Shown here piece after piece: positions 45,062 through 47,175 of a DNA stretch of 47,175 bases. The stretch comes from a virus (lineage: Duplodnaviria; Caudoviricetes). The DNA is taken from positions 1 through 47,175 of IMG/VR virus record IMGVR_UViG_3300032316_000300. One strand, 5' to 3'. Each line of letters opens with the position of its first letter. Position 1 is the first letter of the stretch. The position numbers and the translations under genes are program-made. The notes below the pieces were generated by a model. The model saw nothing but the letters and a program-made list of their open reading frames with translations. It had not been told where the DNA came from and made no database searches.

Positions 45062-47175
45062 TATCTGCGTCCGTCTGGTCTAATATCAATACGTGGAGTA
45101 CCTAGCTGCCATGACACACCAAGTCCTGTTGATTCAATACGGAATGCTAACTGTCGCCCACGAAGCCTTGTATACACTTGACCTGTAAACTGCTGAATGT
45201 TATACACCTGTGAAGTACCATAGTTATCTGCACTTACTACTGCTGGGCTATCAGCTTGTCCATATGGAGTTCCTGAGTTTACTCTTGGTCTAACCGTCAT
45301 TGTTACTGTAGCGTTATTTACTGTTGAACCATTGAAGTTTATATCGGGGAGGATACGCCAAACAAAACCGAAATTATGCCCGTCACCAATATCAAAATCA
45401 GAAGATTGAATATAAGCTGCAATAGGAAGTGAAGACTCACCAGCATTATCATCGACCGAAGATTCATGATACAAAATCCTGTTATTATAGTCAGCTGCCA
45501 TAGGGTATTCACGAATGCCTGAATCTAACCAAGCACTGCGTGACATATTTCCATAGTACCATACACGGTCTACATAGTTGTAAATAACATACTTATCAAT
45601 TACTGTGCCATTACTAGAATTACTTACATAGAACCACCAGATTTCATTGTAGCCCTCGTTAGTCCCTGAAAATACTTGGAAGCCTTGGTCTTTGTTAATA
45701 TCATTAAAGATATACTGACGTAATGCACACGGTAAGGTTTCAACACGACCTGAATACATATAGAACTTATCAGTACCCATCCAGTAAGTAACGTTGTTAA
45801 CTGTAATAGCAGCATTAGGTGAGATGATAGAAATATTGTCCATCATTATATTAAAACCCCATACATAAGGCGCACCTAGGTACTGCATGGAATACAATGC
45901 GGAGTCTGTCCAGATTAAAATTTCTTGTCGTGTTGAACGGGCACACATAATGAATGAGCCGTTAGTTAAAGCAAACTCACCTGCTTGATTTGTTACATCT
46001 GGTATCCATTGGTTTGGGTCTAGTTGGTCTGACCAGCGTACAAGCATCGGGTTAAAGTCTGTAGCAGGGTCGCCTGGAAAATAAGGGTTTGCTCCCATTG
46101 CAATAACAAATTTTTGAATTGCCGAAGATACTACTTGATAGGTTTGTGTTGGCACATAAGCACTGCCAGATAGAGTTGATAATAAAGATGCGCGGTTACC
46201 TACTCCGCCCACTGCTTGCCAATAGAATATATTACCGCCACGAGGCGCAAGAACTAAATCTTGCCCAAAGTTATCAGAAGACCAAAGACGAAGTTGTTGA
46301 CCGATACCACTACTAATAGTATTAGCTGTGCCCCAGCCACTAGGTTGAGTCGTTAATGTTACGCTAGCCCCACCACCCGATGCTACAGTTGAGGAAGCAT
46401 TAGATGAAAATGTAATCTGGAACGTATTAGCTGTTAATACAGTAATTGAATAGGTATCATTAATTTGCGTTGTAGTAAATCCACCAAATGCAGTAGCCCC
46501 CGCAAATTTTACAAAGTCCCCAGTAGTAAATCCGTGAGAAGCTTTTGTTACTACAACATTTGGTGAGCCTACAGTAGATGCAAATGGCCCCGCTGCTAAG
46601 TTAGATGTTACGCCTATTACTCCACCCCAAACCCCCGCACCCCAGCCTGTACCTGTAGTATAAGTATTTAAACCAACTGGTACTTGGTAAGAAATTGTAT
46701 AGGTTCCGCCATTACCTGTGTCGGATGCATTGGCTAATACAGGAAGTCCTGTTGTTGGGTTTTTTGCATTTATTGTATATGTTGTACCTGACACTATTGA
46801 AGCTACTTGGTATTCTTGGTTTAAAACTGCGGCGGTAATGTTACCGCCAAGCCCTGTAGCACCTGCAATATTAATATAATCGCCTACATTTGGTGAATAG
46901 CCACTGTCTACAATAGTTAAAGAACTTGAGCCTGTAGTGTCAGTGATTGTATTTGTTAGAGTGTTTACATCTACAAACGGAGTAATATCGTTATATGTAC
47001 CGCCTGACTCAATATAGTATTTAACGTTAGTACCAATTCCAAGATAGTTAGAGCCGTTTAATGCTTGCCAATTCCATAGATTTCTAGCAGTACCTAAAAA
47101 CGTACTATTTGATAAACGTGACCAGCCACCAATCTTTTCAGGGAAGCCAGAACGAAAGCGAACCTTGTCCCCATC
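45061..47175 (-). CDS. tail nozzle / DNA stabilisation protein (5' end outside window)
   Basis: Frame is open from 47175 (DGDKVRFRSGFPEKIGGW...) into the 46794 ORF; beta-propeller-like motifs VRWSDQ, ILIWTD, EIWWFY, YVIYNY. Confidence 0.75.
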   Translation of the reverse strand, partial: DGDKVRFRSGFPEKIGGWSRLSNSTFLGTARNLWNWQALNGSNYLGIGTNVKYYIESGGTYNDITPFVDVNTLTNTITDTTGSSSLTIVDSGYSPNVGDYINIAGATGLGGNITAAVLNQEYQVASIVSGTTYTINAKNPTTGLPVLANASDTGNGGTYTISYQVPVGLNTYTTGTGWGAGVWGGVIGVTSNLAAGPFASTVGSPNVVVTKASHGFTTGDFVKFAGATAFGGFTTTQINDTYSITVLTANTFQITFSSNASSTVASGGGASVTLTTQPSGWGTANTISSGIGQQLRLWSSDNFGQDLVLAPRGGNIFYWQAVGGVGNRASLLSTLSGSAYVPTQTYQVVSSAIQKFVIAMGANPYFPGDPATDFNPMLVRWSDQLDPNQWIPDVTNQAGEFALTNGSFIMCARSTRQEILIWTDSALYSMQYLGAPYVWGFNIMMDNISIISPNAAITVNNVTYWMGTDKFYMYSGRVETLPCALRQYIFNDINKDQGFQVFSGTNEGYNEIWWFYVSNSSNGTVIDKYVIYNYVDRVWYYGNMSRSAWLDSGIREYPMAADYNNRILYHESSVDDNAGESSLPIAAYIQSSDFDIGDGHNFGFVWRILPDINFNGSTVNNATVTMTVRPRVNSGTPYGQADSPAVVSADNYGTSQVYNIQQFTGQVYTRLRGRQLAFRIESTGLGVSWQLGTPRIDIRPDGRR

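Noticed and set aside
1-47175. tRNA or rRNA genes, lysis genes and alternative genetic code
   Set aside because: No cloverleaf or T-loop motif in the intergenic gaps I read; no endolysin recognised (probably outside the window); genes tile densely under the standard code.

Overview
This window is most of a circularly permuted tailed dsDNA phage genome (podovirus-like Caudoviricetes). It opens inside the major capsid gene and closes inside a tail gene, so the rest of the capsid gene and probably the head-completion, fibre and lysis genes lie outside. Minus strand 8352->1 is the packaging/head operon: TerS, TerL, HNH, portal, GroES, scaffold, MCP. Plus strand 8.6-32.0 kb holds early and replication genes driven by near-consensus sigma70 promoters: peptidase M28, MoxR AAA/VWA module, TraR-like protein, PolA, PD-(D/E)XK nuclease, SNF2 helicase, SSB-like protein and primase-helicase. 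Minus strand 47175->32178 holds tail and ejection proteins, ending in a 2286-aa polyvalent protein. The most striking unannotated signals are: (1) a candidate ~90-nt sRNA at 32090-32179 with its own promoter and terminator, whose two hairpin loops display anti-Shine-Dalgarno sequences matching phage ribosome-binding sites; (2) six copies of the palindrome CCGACAWWTGTCGG confined to the early region; (3) a ~450-bp inverted-repeat, iteron-like element; (4) two divergent ADP-ribosyltransferase-like cassettes in tandem in the giant virion protein; (5) apparent absence of GATC and CCGG. All protein calls come from motif recognition by eye; no database search was run.
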